Assembly (NCBI GenBank): GCA_022897995.1
Contig: GCA_022897995.1_4763.1
Direction: 5' to 3' (one strand)
DNA length: 64,000 bases
Source: a phage
Shown: in pieces, positions 45,985-54,844 of the stretch
Layout: every line of letters starts with the position of its first letter
How positions within the stretch are numbered: position 1 is the stretch's first letter
Made by a program: the position numbers and the translations under genes
The notes under the pieces: generated by a model
Databases searched by the model: none
Seen by the model: the letters and a program-made list of their open reading frames with translations, nothing else
What the model was told of the DNA's origin: nothing

Positions 45985-46433
45985 GCATAGAAATATTGCC
46001 TACGCAAGAGCAGATAAGCAATTTTAATCTGGTTGATTATCTGGGGATAGGTGCAAGCATTATTATCCTGATGGTGTTTTCAATTTTCGTGATACACTGG
46101 ATGTTTAAGAAAGCACATAAGAATTTTCAGACCGCCATAATCCATGTCTTCGCTGTACCTATTGTATTTGCTCTTTCTTCGTGTACAATGGACCATTATT
46201 CACAGGAACCGAAATTACATCCTCCACTACCAGCACCAATAGAAAAAGTTGACATTGACCTGAAAGTGGATACAATAGACGGTAAACCTAGAGTTTCTAT
46301 GTCGTGGGAGGACTCCCAAAAATTCAGAGTCTGGCTTGCGGATATCAAGAGATATACACTTGAAAGTAAGTTGATCATGTGTTATTATCGCAAAGAACTT
46401 AATGAGGAACGGTGCAAACCGAAGGAGAAATAA
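45981..46433 (+). CDS. Putative o-spanin (outer-membrane lipoprotein) with N-terminal extension
   Basis: 150 aa; internal lipoprotein signal MFKKAHKNFQTAIIHVFAVPIVFALSSC (lipobox LSSC, possible internal start near 46101) preceded by a hydrophobic segment; ATGA overlap with i-spanin. Confidence 0.45.
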   Translation: MSIEILPTQEQISNFNLVDYLGIGASIIILMVFSIFVIHWMFKKAHKNFQTAIIHVFAVPIVFALSSCTMDHYSQEPKLHPPLPAPIEKVDIDLKVDTIDGKPRVSMSWEDSQKFRVWLADIKRYTLESKLIMCYYRKELNEERCKPKEK

Positions 46434-47311
46434 TGCCGAAATGTGAAGTGATTTTAACCGTTGGTTGTTCTGGGTCCGGTAAAACTACATGGGCTATGGA
46501 AACATGTAAACGGTTTAGTAATTATCGTAATGTGAATCGTGATGACCTTCGTCTTATGTTGTTTGGTGTTGACTCGCATTTGAAATACAAGTATACTAAG
46601 GAAAAAGAAAAGCTGGTAGAGTCTATTCAGAGAATGATTGCTCGCGAGACTCTATCACGCGGATTGAGTATCATTATCTCTGATACCAACCTGAAAGAAA
46701 AACATCGTGTATTCTACAAAGAACTTGCAAAAGAATTTAACGCGGTGTATACTGAACAAGTGTTCAATGAATCATTTGAGACACTAAAGAAACGTAATTT
46801 CTATCGTGGAGAGAAAGCAATTCCACTTTCTCATTTGCGTAACCAATTTTATCTGATGCAGGAATATATGGGTCAAGAAGTATACAAACCGAATACCATG
46901 CTGCCAAAGGCAGTGATCTTTGATATTGATGGGACATTAGCGGATAAAGGCGGTCGTCATCCGTTTGACTGGACAAAGGTCAAAGAAGATAAACCGCGTC
47001 CGCAAGTGATCGAAATGCTTAAACTGTATCGTGACAATGGCTATCGTATCATTACGTGCTCAGGTCGTGAGGATGTTTGCGAGGAAGATACGCTGCAATG
47101 GTTGCGTGAACAAGGTATCGAACCTAGCGATCACTTCCAGCGTGAAACTAATGATCGACGTCCAGACCATGAGGTGAAGAAAGAGATCTTTTTCTCGGAA
47201 ATTGCACCGCGTTATCATGTTGTTTTGGCGGTAGATGACCGTGATCAAGTGGTTGACATGTACCGCACAATCGGTGTAGAATGTTTTCAGGTTAACTACG
47301 GAGACTTTTAA
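46433..47311 (+). CDS. pseT: Polynucleotide kinase / 3'-phosphatase (PseT)
   Basis: P-loop GCSGSGKTTW, HAD motif DIDGTL, C-terminal VDDRDQVVDMYRTIGVECFQV match T4 PseT; start ATG 46433 (TAATG overlap). Confidence 0.9.
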   Translation: MPKCEVILTVGCSGSGKTTWAMETCKRFSNYRNVNRDDLRLMLFGVDSHLKYKYTKEKEKLVESIQRMIARETLSRGLSIIISDTNLKEKHRVFYKELAKEFNAVYTEQVFNESFETLKKRNFYRGEKAIPLSHLRNQFYLMQEYMGQEVYKPNTMLPKAVIFDIDGTLADKGGRHPFDWTKVKEDKPRPQVIEMLKLYRDNGYRIITCSGREDVCEEDTLQWLREQGIEPSDHFQRETNDRRPDHEVKKEIFFSEIAPRYHVVLAVDDRDQVVDMYRTIGVECFQVNYGDF

Positions 47312-47514
47312 TGTTTAACGATAAACTCAAGCAATTAGGCGAAGCACTTGCTAAACGTGGTTTTAATGTTGACATTGAACCAGCACCAATTAACCCGTTT
47401 AGCAATGAGCGTCGTAGTGTATATGTCATTATGCGAAATGATCATGGTGTGAATACATTCAGTGTAAAACAGTATAGCGACGGATCGGTAGAATACTTTC
47501 GCGTATACGGTTAA
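47311..47514 (+). CDS. Hypothetical protein
   Basis: 67 aa ORF, TAATG overlap with pseT. Confidence 0.35.
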   Translation: MFNDKLKQLGEALAKRGFNVDIEPAPINPFSNERRSVYVIMRNDHGVNTFSVKQYSDGSVEYFRVYG

Positions 47515-47535
47515 TTATCTGGTGAGGATTATATT

Positions 47536-48042
47536 ATGTTGTCACAGACTTACATGCAGATCGCCTATCTGATCGCAAAGAACTCTAAATGTGTTTCGTG
47601 GAAGGTAGGCGCACTAATTGAAAAAGACGGGCGAATCATTTCTACTGGATTTAATGGCACTCCAGCAGGGCAAGTAAATTGTAGCTGTCATGCACATAAA
47701 AGCGGTTGGCTGGATGATGAAGGCAAAATGATCCCTGAAAAGCGACCGGAGCATAGCGCATGGTCACAGAAAAACGAGATCCACGCTGAATTAAATGCTA
47801 TTTTGTTTGCTGCCCGTAGCGGTGTATCGATTGAAGGCGCTAGTATGTGGTGTACTGCTTCACCGTGTCCAGATTGCGCTAAAGCAATTGCAAACAGTGG
47901 AATTAAACATCTATACTATTGCGATACATACGACCGAAATGGTGGGCGTGATTGGGCTGATATTTTGGATAAAGCCGACATTACGGTTACGCGTATTCCA
48001 AAAGCCTTATTGACTGATTTGAAGGGTATTGATAATGACTGA
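47536..48042 (+). CDS. cd: dCMP deaminase (cd)
   Basis: 168 aa; zinc-binding HAE...PCPDC cytidine/dCMP deaminase motifs. Confidence 0.85.
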   Translation: MLSQTYMQIAYLIAKNSKCVSWKVGALIEKDGRIISTGFNGTPAGQVNCSCHAHKSGWLDDEGKMIPEKRPEHSAWSQKNEIHAELNAILFAARSGVSIEGASMWCTASPCPDCAKAIANSGIKHLYYCDTYDRNGGRDWADILDKADITVTRIPKALLTDLKGIDND

Positions 48043-48349
48043 ACAAATTGATAATATCGCACTTCGTGAAGCACTCAAGAAAATGTTTTCGGTCGGTACT
48101 CACTCTTTGCAGTTTACTAAGAAAGATGGTACTGTCCGCGAGATGATCGCCACGCGAGATCCGGCACTGATGCCGTTTGAAACATACGAAAAGTGGTTAG
48201 TTCCGAATGTTGAAAAACCGCGTAAAGAATCAGAAACATCTTTGCCAGTATATGAAATTGCGGTTGAAGGTTTTCGTAGCTTCGGGCTTGATAGTCTGAT
48301 TCATGTAGACGGGCGGACTCCAGCGCAGATCATCGAAATTTATAAATAA
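48035..48349 (+). CDS. Hypothetical protein
   Basis: 104 aa from ATG 48035 overlapping cd stop. Confidence 0.35.
   Translation: MTEQIDNIALREALKKMFSVGTHSLQFTKKDGTVREMIATRDPALMPFETYEKWLVPNVEKPRKESETSLPVYEIAVEGFRSFGLDSLIHVDGRTPAQIIEIYK
48341..48348 (+). promoter_or_regulatory. T4-type late promoter TATAAATA upstream of gene 31
   Basis: Exact TATAAATA at 48341-48348, about 42 nt upstream of the ATG at 48391. Confidence 0.5.
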
Positions 48350-48390
48350 TTCATCATTAAACTGTATTGATTTGAAGAGGTAATAAAATT

Positions 48391-48714
48391 ATGACCGTTA
48401 AAACTCCTAAAGCACTTGGTGACTATGTGATCATTGAAGCTAAAGCAGAAAGCGCAGGGACCGAAGTTAAAAGCTCTATGGGTATCATTATTGAGCAAAA
48501 GCGCACTATGGGCGAGATTCCGCTGGTAGGTAAGATTATTGATATTGGTGAAACTGTAGATAAAGAATTGCTGGGTAAAATTGTTCTACTGCCACATGGC
48601 AAGATGAATAAAGTTCCTCATCCAGACGTTATTAACGGCGTTAAGAAGGAAGAAGAGATCGACCTGAAATGGACTGTAACGCACAAACAGAATATTGTGG
48701 TAGTTTACGGTTAA
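48391..48714 (+). CDS. 31: Putative co-chaperonin gp31 (GroES-like)
   Basis: 107 aa; size and position between cd and ligase as in T4; GroES-like beta-rich pattern; assigned mainly by synteny. Confidence 0.5.
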   Translation: MTVKTPKALGDYVIIEAKAESAGTEVKSSMGIIIEQKRTMGEIPLVGKIIDIGETVDKELLGKIVLLPHGKMNKVPHPDVINGVKKEEEIDLKWTVTHKQNIVVVYG

Positions 48715-48725
48715 TGATTTTAAAC

Positions 48726-48752
48726 GGCGGGAAATAATCCCGCCTATATTTT
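48726..48752 (+). terminator. Terminator-like hairpin
   Basis: GGCGGGA-aataa-TCCCGCC followed by TATATTTTGG. Confidence 0.4.
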
Positions 48753-48796
48753 GGCTATATGATTTTGTAAGTTATTGATTATTAAGGAATTTTATT

Positions 48797-48961
48797 ATGA
48801 AAACTATGAATGTAAACATCCACGAAATCCATACCGAAGTATTCACCGAAGAAGACCAGTTTGGTGTATGGGTAAATCCTCATTCGATTACTATCGATAT
48901 TCCTCATGACGATTATGATCCGTTCTCTCTGATTAGCGAGATTAGTTTCAATGACTTCTGA
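48797..48961 (+). CDS. Small acidic hypothetical protein (54 aa)
   Basis: ATG 48797; below track cutoff; overlaps start of next gene. Confidence 0.3.
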   Translation: MKTMNVNIHEIHTEVFTEEDQFGVWVNPHSITIDIPHDDYDPFSLISEISFNDF

Positions 48962-49430
48962 AATTGATATCTATGCGGGTGGACCTTATCCATCGGGTGA
49001 ATTGAGCAACTTCAATAAAAGACCATTCCGTCTATTTGGTTGCGATATTAACAGCACAGAAGGATTTTTACAGGGATTAAGATTCAAGAATCCAGAAAAG
49101 CAAAGAGAAATCTTTTTGATGCACGGTGGCAAAGCAAAAAGAACCGGAAGAACTGAAAAGATTGAGAATCACATGCTATATTTTCAGGGTCGCCCGATTC
49201 ATCGAATGAGTGAGCATTATTACAGACTGGTACATCTGGCATTTGTTACGATGGCACGGAATAACCCAGAATTTTGTAAAGCATTACTCGCTACCGGAAA
49301 TAAGAAATTACGTCATAGCATAGGTGGAACTGATCCGTTAAAGACTATATTGACCGAATCAGAATTTTGTAGTATCCTCAATGATATTCGTGAACGTTTA
49401 ACAAAACGAGGTGAAAATGTCAATTCTTAA
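48951..49430 (+). CDS. NADAR/YbiA-like domain protein (DUF1768-like)
   Basis: 159 aa; LSNF...PF, STEGFLQGLRF, GRTEK, ALLATGNKKL resemble NADAR family blocks. Confidence 0.5.
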   Translation: MTSEIDIYAGGPYPSGELSNFNKRPFRLFGCDINSTEGFLQGLRFKNPEKQREIFLMHGGKAKRTGRTEKIENHMLYFQGRPIHRMSEHYYRLVHLAFVTMARNNPEFCKALLATGNKKLRHSIGGTDPLKTILTESEFCSILNDIRERLTKRGENVNS

Positions 49431-50913
49431 TATCATTAACCAGCTTGCAGCAACAGACAAAACATCGCTGAAAGAAAAGATTCTGAAAGAATCTGCAAGC
49501 AATGAAACGCTGAAAGAATGCTTTTATCTGGCATATTGCAAACAGGTTACGTTTGGCGTAAAGAAATACGATAAACCATCGCGCTATTCGTCTGTATTGT
49601 CTTTATCCGGTGCATTACAAGTCTTTAAAAATAAACTTGCCACGCGTCAAGTAACTGGTAATGCTGCATTACAGCTAGTTACCGATACTCTGACTTGCTT
49701 GTCAGAAGACGATGCTAAAGTTGCAATGATGGTATTGAATCGAGACCTAGAATGCGGTTGTTCCGCTACCACCGCAAACAAGGTATGGAAGAAACTGATC
49801 CCCCAGCAACCATGCCACCTTGCATCGTCATATTCTGATAAGGCTATTGCTAATATCAAATATCCGGCGTATGCACAGCTTAAAAGCGATGGCGCTCGTG
49901 GTATGGCTGATATTGACGGGGAAACATTAGCAATCTATACCCGTTCAGGTAATATCTATCAGGGACTTGATGATTTGTTTTCTGTTTTAGAGCGTCTACG
50001 AGGCCGTGGAATTGTTCTAGATGGCGAATTGGTATATATGCCTACCCTTTCGCAAACACCAGCGCAGAACTTCGTTGAGAGCGTTTATGATGGTACTCTG
50101 TCATGGATATTTGAAGAAGAGGAAATGCCATTAACGCCAGTAGCGGAAGCAGTGAAAGAATCCGTTGTTGCAGATCGTCAGACCGGAAATGGTATCCTCA
50201 ACAAATCACTGAAAGGAACTATTCCAAAAGAAGAAGCCCAATGTATTGTTTACACTGTCTGGGATGTTATCGACCGTGATGTGTATTACGGAAACGAGAA
50301 AGCAACGAAGCAATATAAAGATCGATTCGAAGAACTAAAACAGATTGTTGAAGAACTTAACGATCCTCGTGTGCAGATAATCGAAAATACTGTAGTTAAC
50401 AATATCGATGAAGCTCGCGAAGTATATCATCGCTATGTAAACATGGGCTTAGAAGGTATTATCCTTAAAAATTTACATGGTGTATTTGAAGATCGTCGCA
50501 GTAAAGATCAGGTTAAATTTAAAGAAGTGATTGACTTCGACGCGGAAATTGTTGATGTATATCCGCATAGTAAAGATCCTAATAAGGTAGGCGGTTTTAC
50601 TGTCCGTAGTGCGTGCGGACGAATGATGACTAACACCGGGTCGGGATTGACAGACACCACAACCGAAAAAGGTGATGATGGTATCGAACGTGTGATTCCG
50701 TTAGATCGTCGAAATGAACTCGACCGAGAAATGTTATGGGCTGACCGTCATAACCTGATTGGAAAAGTCATTGAGATGACATGCAACGGGTATATCCGCA
50801 GCAAATCACGTAAAGAAGATGAACCGGAGTTCTCTTTATTTCTCCCGATCATCAAACGTATTCGCTACGACAAGACCACTGCAAATACAGTAAAAGAGGT
50901 ATTCGATGTGTGA
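49417..50913 (+). CDS. 30: ATP-dependent DNA ligase gp30
   Basis: Adenylation motif KSDGAR, LDGELVY, EGIILK, and C-terminal blocks match T4 DNA ligase as recalled; ATG 49417 preferred over GTG 49411. Confidence 0.9.
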   Translation: MSILNIINQLAATDKTSLKEKILKESASNETLKECFYLAYCKQVTFGVKKYDKPSRYSSVLSLSGALQVFKNKLATRQVTGNAALQLVTDTLTCLSEDDAKVAMMVLNRDLECGCSATTANKVWKKLIPQQPCHLASSYSDKAIANIKYPAYAQLKSDGARGMADIDGETLAIYTRSGNIYQGLDDLFSVLERLRGRGIVLDGELVYMPTLSQTPAQNFVESVYDGTLSWIFEEEEMPLTPVAEAVKESVVADRQTGNGILNKSLKGTIPKEEAQCIVYTVWDVIDRDVYYGNEKATKQYKDRFEELKQIVEELNDPRVQIIENTVVNNIDEAREVYHRYVNMGLEGIILKNLHGVFEDRRSKDQVKFKEVIDFDAEIVDVYPHSKDPNKVGGFTVRSACGRMMTNTGSGLTDTTTEKGDDGIERVIPLDRRNELDREMLWADRHNLIGKVIEMTCNGYIRSKSRKEDEPEFSLFLPIIKRIRYDKTTANTVKEVFDV

Positions 50914-51382
50914 TAATGAAGGGGCGAAAGCCCCTAAACCTAAAAAATTGTCAAAGAAAGAGCAACGCCAGATCCTGAAAATGAAATACGGTGGACGTTG
51001 TGCCTATTGTGGCGAGGAACTAGGGGATCGCTGGCACGCAGACCACATCAAACCAGTATTGCGACGCTCAAAAGTAGTCTATGATGAAAATGGACGAATT
51101 GCCCGTAATGATGATGGATCGTGGAAGTATAAGGTTGTAGGAATGCATAAACCGGAGCACGATATACTTGATAACATGAATCCGGCTTGTGTGCAATGCA
51201 ATCTTTACAAAAGCTGTATGGGCTTAGAATACTGGCGTAAGTGTATACGCGAGAACTTCCAGAAGTACATTCAACGTAACATGGGATTACGTGCGGCTAA
51301 ACGCTTTGGCTTGCTTTCAATCCACGATCAACCAGTAGAATTTTATTTCGAAAAGTACGAGCGCGAGCATCAAGAAAAATAA
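50906..51382 (+). CDS. HNH endonuclease
   Basis: 158 aa; CAYCGEELGDRWHADHIKP...NMNPACVQCN gives the CxxC...HxDH...N...CxxCN HNH pattern; overlaps ligase stop by 8 nt. Confidence 0.65.
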   Translation: MCDNEGAKAPKPKKLSKKEQRQILKMKYGGRCAYCGEELGDRWHADHIKPVLRRSKVVYDENGRIARNDDGSWKYKVVGMHKPEHDILDNMNPACVQCNLYKSCMGLEYWRKCIRENFQKYIQRNMGLRAAKRFGLLSIHDQPVEFYFEKYEREHQEK

Positions 51383-51396
51383 TTCAAAAAAAGTTG

Positions 51397-51459
51397 TTGA
51401 CAGGGGATCACCGATCCCCTATACTACACACATACCGAAACGAACTAGGAGAATCAATT
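51397..51459 (+). promoter_or_regulatory. PeSL-like promoter cassette
   Basis: TTGACA 51397-51402; perfect GGGGATC-acc-GATCCCC hairpin fills the spacer; TATACT 51420-51425; conserved leader. Confidence 0.6.
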
Positions 51460-51639
51460 ATGAACTTCAACGAAATCATCGCTAAAATCCGCTACAACGA
51501 AGAAACCATTGAACTGATGCAAAACAATATCACCAATGGTTATATGATTGCAGCGTCACAAGAAATCATTGATTTGACAGTAGCAGAAAATGCTCAGTTG
51601 AAACATCAACTTTCAACGGCTGGCGTGATTGTTATGTAA
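51460..51639 (+). CDS. Small hypothetical protein (59 aa)
   Basis: ATG 51460 at fixed distance from cassette. Confidence 0.3.
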   Translation: MNFNEIIAKIRYNEETIELMQNNITNGYMIAASQEIIDLTVAENAQLKHQLSTAGVIVM

Positions 51640-51656
51640 TAAAGAGAGGTGACTAA

Positions 51657-51989
51657 ATGGCAAAAGTTCAGGTAGGCGAGGTCTTCAAAATGGAAGACCA
51701 TACCGTAGAAGAGATGAAAGGCGCAGTATTGAAAGTAATTAATTCAATGTGGCGTAGTGTTCTTTACATCAACTTTATCGACGGTGATGTGTGGTGGGCT
51801 AGTGATAACGTTAAATGGGGCGTTAAATGGGACGAAGAAGGCAATATGGTCATCAAGTTCTACAAAGGTCATACTCACTGGTTAGGAACAGAGGATGTTG
51901 TAGAAGTTCTGGCGGTTGATGTTATGCCAGGAGAGATCGAAAGTCTTAGCGGAACCGCAAAAGAAGCATTGACACGCCATTTCGTGTGA
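51657..51989 (+). CDS. Hypothetical protein
   Basis: 110 aa ORF with RBS GAGAGGTGA. Confidence 0.35.
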   Translation: MAKVQVGEVFKMEDHTVEEMKGAVLKVINSMWRSVLYINFIDGDVWWASDNVKWGVKWDEEGNMVIKFYKGHTHWLGTEDVVEVLAVDVMPGEIESLSGTAKEALTRHFV

Positions 51990-52046
51990 TGTAATATAAC
52001 AATCATCGGGAGGGGCAATACTCTCCCACAAATTGAGGATAATATT

Positions 52047-52355
52047 ATGGAACGTACCAATTTGTTTGTAACCGAACCTTTCGTTGAAGGCAACAAGAAC
52101 CTTGCTAATACGGTTATTCTTTACGAAGATTGGATCTTTTACATTGACGAGAATTTAGACGTATATTGTCGTCCAACTCCAAATGACTCATTCTATATCG
52201 AAGAAAACGATACACATAATCATTGGTATAACGGAAACGACGAAACAGACCTTGCTATTGTTCTCGAATCAGGTGTAGAATCGGAACATGCAGATGAAGT
52301 AGCGGATAAATTTGTACAATACGCATATAAAGATAAAGATGAGGATGAAGAATAA
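52047..52355 (+). CDS. Acidic hypothetical protein
   Basis: 102 aa, highly D/E-rich with poly-acidic C-terminus. Confidence 0.35.
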   Translation: MERTNLFVTEPFVEGNKNLANTVILYEDWIFYIDENLDVYCRPTPNDSFYIEENDTHNHWYNGNDETDLAIVLESGVESEHADEVADKFVQYAYKDKDEDEE

Positions 52356-52362
52356 AAAGTTG

Positions 52363-52425
52363 TTGACAGGGGATCGGTGATCCCCTATACTACACACATA
52401 CCAACGAGATATAGGAGAATCAAAA
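52363..52425 (+). promoter_or_regulatory. PeSL-like promoter cassette
   Basis: TTGACA 52363-52368; GGGGATC-ggt-GATCCCC hairpin; TATACT 52386-52391. Confidence 0.6.
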
Positions 52426-52593
52426 ATGTTCCAGACTAAAGCAGAATGCGAAGCATACATTGTAGCAAACCACGGTGAAGACTACCTGAAATTCGATATC
52501 GTAGTAGCACAGAAGATCACCGGAATGGTTGCAAAATATCTGGGTGTTAAAGAAGGTTACTATCCAAGCAACGCACCAGAAATTAACAAATAA
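52426..52593 (+). CDS. Small hypothetical protein (55 aa)
   Basis: ATG 52426 downstream of cassette; below track cutoff. Confidence 0.3.
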   Translation: MFQTKAECEAYIVANHGEDYLKFDIVVAQKITGMVAKYLGVKEGYYPSNAPEINK

Positions 52594-52607
52594 TTTTATA
52601 AAAAGTG

Positions 52608-52676
52608 TTGACAGGGGAGACACCCTCCCCTATAATATACACATCGAAACGAGATACCAATTAGGAGAATCAAACA
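52608..52676 (+). promoter_or_regulatory. PeSL-like promoter cassette
   Basis: TTGACA 52608-52613; GGGGAG-acacc-CTCCCC hairpin; TATAAT 52631-52636. Confidence 0.6.
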
Positions 52677-52928
52677 ATGGCTAACATCGAAACCGCAAAG
52701 AAAATCGCTAAAGACCTGAACGTTAAAGGCTTCCGTAAACTGAAATTACAGCGTGTACGCTACACCATCGGCAAACAGTGCTCTTTCATGAGCGAAGAAG
52801 TTGCTAACAGCCTCATCGATAACCTGATCGCGGCTGGCTGGGAAGTTACGGATCTGAAAACTTGCAGCGAACTGGCTAACAAAGGTCTTTTAGATTCTGT
52901 TACTATCAAACCAATGGGGGCAGCGTGA
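52677..52928 (+). CDS. Hypothetical protein
   Basis: 83 aa ORF downstream of cassette. Confidence 0.35.
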   Translation: MANIETAKKIAKDLNVKGFRKLKLQRVRYTIGKQCSFMSEEVANSLIDNLIAAGWEVTDLKTCSELANKGLLDSVTIKPMGAA

Positions 52929-53641
52929 AACAAAAATTAATATTCTGCAACTTTGACGGATCGGGGATAATGGGGCTAGAATGGGCTAAAGCAGGTCATA
53001 AGGTGATCTGCTTTAATGCTGACGATGGCGACCACGGTACATACAAAAAGTATAATACCAGATTTGAACATCCAAACATTACCTATGTAAACACATGGAT
53101 TGATTTGAACTGGCTGGAAAGAGCAATGGACCTTGAATGGGGGAAACCGGATATTATCTTTGCATTCCCACCGTGCACAAATTTAGCTGTTAGTGGCGCT
53201 GCACACTTTGAACGAAAGAAACGAGAGCAAGGACCATTGATTCAAGTTCATGATGTGAGGGCAGCTAAAATAACCGCTTATTTGGGTGAATGGCTAGGAG
53301 TTCCCTACATGATAGAGAATCCTGTAAGCGTTATCTCTAGCATGTGGCGTAAGCCTGATTACATGTTCCATCCGTGGGAATATGGTGGTTATTTGCCGGA
53401 AGATGATAAACATCCTACGTTTCCTGAGTATATCGCCGCCCGTGATATGTACCCGAAAAAGACTTGCTTATGGACCGGACAAGGCTTTATAATGCCAGAA
53501 AAGAAACCGTTGCCGATTAATAAAGGGTACAGTAAACAGCATTCTAAGCTAGGCGGGAAAGGAACCAGAACAAAGACTATCAGGTCACTTACCCCGCGAG
53601 GATTTGCAAAGGCAGTATTTGAAGCCAATAAGGATCTATAA
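52925..53641 (+). CDS. Truncated DNA C5-cytosine methyltransferase-like protein
   Basis: 238 aa (GTG start overlapping previous stop); motif I-like FDGSGIMG, motif IV-like FAFPPCTNLAVSG (catalytic Cys), motif VI-like MIENPV; no target-recognition domain. Confidence 0.45.
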   Translation: MKQKLIFCNFDGSGIMGLEWAKAGHKVICFNADDGDHGTYKKYNTRFEHPNITYVNTWIDLNWLERAMDLEWGKPDIIFAFPPCTNLAVSGAAHFERKKREQGPLIQVHDVRAAKITAYLGEWLGVPYMIENPVSVISSMWRKPDYMFHPWEYGGYLPEDDKHPTFPEYIAARDMYPKKTCLWTGQGFIMPEKKPLPINKGYSKQHSKLGGKGTRTKTIRSLTPRGFAKAVFEANKDL

Positions 53642-53970
53642 TGAGATTGTTTAAGTATTCTCTAACGTCAAATTACGATAAACAAGGTCATTGCATCCGT
53701 TGCCCTAATTGCCATAGCCATAACATTGAAAGCAAGATCACCGATCATATTGATGGACTTTGGTCGCCAGCAAGCGAGATAGAATACTATTGCGCTGATT
53801 GTGGAATTGTAGTAGCATATTGGGCATACGGATCATATGATCCTTACTTCCAGATGGGAGAGCGTTCAATCCCTGCTCTTATCTGGAGAATTAAGAACAA
53901 TATCCGGCATTCATGGGATGAGTTCTTAAAAGATATTGATTTACGTGATGATCCATTCAGGAGACTATAA
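53641..53970 (+). CDS. Zinc-ribbon protein
   Basis: 109 aa; CIRCPNC...CADCG four-Cys pattern; ATGA overlap with preceding gene. Confidence 0.35.
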   Translation: MRLFKYSLTSNYDKQGHCIRCPNCHSHNIESKITDHIDGLWSPASEIEYYCADCGIVVAYWAYGSYDPYFQMGERSIPALIWRIKNNIRHSWDEFLKDIDLRDDPFRRL

Positions 53971-53971
53971 C

Positions 53972-54487
53972 ATGAACAGATTAACGCCTAAACGCCGTTA
54001 CTATACCAATACTAAAAACTTTGTCATCTCTGTTTATGAGGCGTGGTTAGAAGATGGATATATCAACATGAACCCAGATTATCAGCGTCCTTTAGTATGG
54101 GACACCGAAAACAAACGTATGTTTATCGAAAACCTGATTAATGATTTTCCGGTTGGTGCTATCGCAATGGCTAAGATTGATGATGGCTCTCGCTATGAGA
54201 TCGAAATCGTGGACGGTAAACAGCGTTTAAACGCAATATTCTCTTTCATGAAGGATGAGTTTAGCATTGCTGGTAATGATGATTCTATGCTGTATTACAG
54301 CGATTTTACGCCAGCAGAAAAGCGACGTTTCCGAAATCTCGGACTACCAGCGATCATGATGGAAGAGAGCACACGAGAAGACCGATTAGAGTATTTCTAC
54401 AAAACAAACTTTTTCGGTGTGCCTCAATCGGAAGAACATCGCCAGCACGTAATTGCCCTATTGCAAGATGAGCAATTAAAAAAATAA
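53972..54487 (+). CDS. DUF262/ParB-like nuclease domain protein
   Basis: 171 aa from ATG 53972; NPDYQRPLVW...FPVGAIAM...IVDGKQRLNAIFSF resembles the DUF262 N-terminal domain of GmrSD-type enzymes. Confidence 0.45.
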   Translation: MNRLTPKRRYYTNTKNFVISVYEAWLEDGYINMNPDYQRPLVWDTENKRMFIENLINDFPVGAIAMAKIDDGSRYEIEIVDGKQRLNAIFSFMKDEFSIAGNDDSMLYYSDFTPAEKRRFRNLGLPAIMMEESTREDRLEYFYKTNFFGVPQSEEHRQHVIALLQDEQLKK

Positions 54488-54498
54488 CTAAAAAGTTG

Positions 54499-54563
54499 TT
54501 GACATAACAGAGGGTGTATATCATAATACACCCATACCGAAACGAACTACTAAGGAGTATCAA
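54499..54563 (+). promoter_or_regulatory. PeSL-like promoter cassette
   Basis: TTGACA 54499-54504; GGGTGTAT/ATACACCC 8 bp stem 54512-54533 with CATAAT in loop. Confidence 0.55.
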
Positions 54564-54776
54564 ATGGCTAACATCGAAATCATCATTACCGACGTAACTT
54601 ATGACCGCATCAACGAAATCGGTACTGCATTACTGGAAGATGGAACAACTCGTACCATCAACTACGCAGAATACGTTGAAATGCGCGGTTGGATTAAACG
54701 AGTAGGAAAATATATCCTGATTGAAAAAGACTATTCAGGATACACCTTAGAGCAATTGCTTGATGGTGCATTATAA
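54564..54776 (+). CDS. Hypothetical protein
   Basis: 70 aa ORF downstream of cassette. Confidence 0.35.
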   Translation: MANIEIIITDVTYDRINEIGTALLEDGTTRTINYAEYVEMRGWIKRVGKYILIEKDYSGYTLEQLLDGAL

Positions 54777-54781
54777 TAAAA

Positions 54782-54804
54782 AGGGGGCGTTAAGCCCCTT
54801 TTTC
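54782..54804. terminator. Terminator-like hairpin
   Basis: A-run, GGGGC-gttaa-GCCCC, T-run. Confidence 0.45.
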
Positions 54805-54844
54805 ATAAATATAGGTTTATAGGTTATCAACTAGAGGATATAAA

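Noticed and set aside
51397-52676. Repeated cassette sequences as a CRISPR array
   Set aside because: Repeats are about 60-75 bp promoter units separated by protein-coding ORFs of variable length, not short direct repeats with uniform spacers; no cas genes
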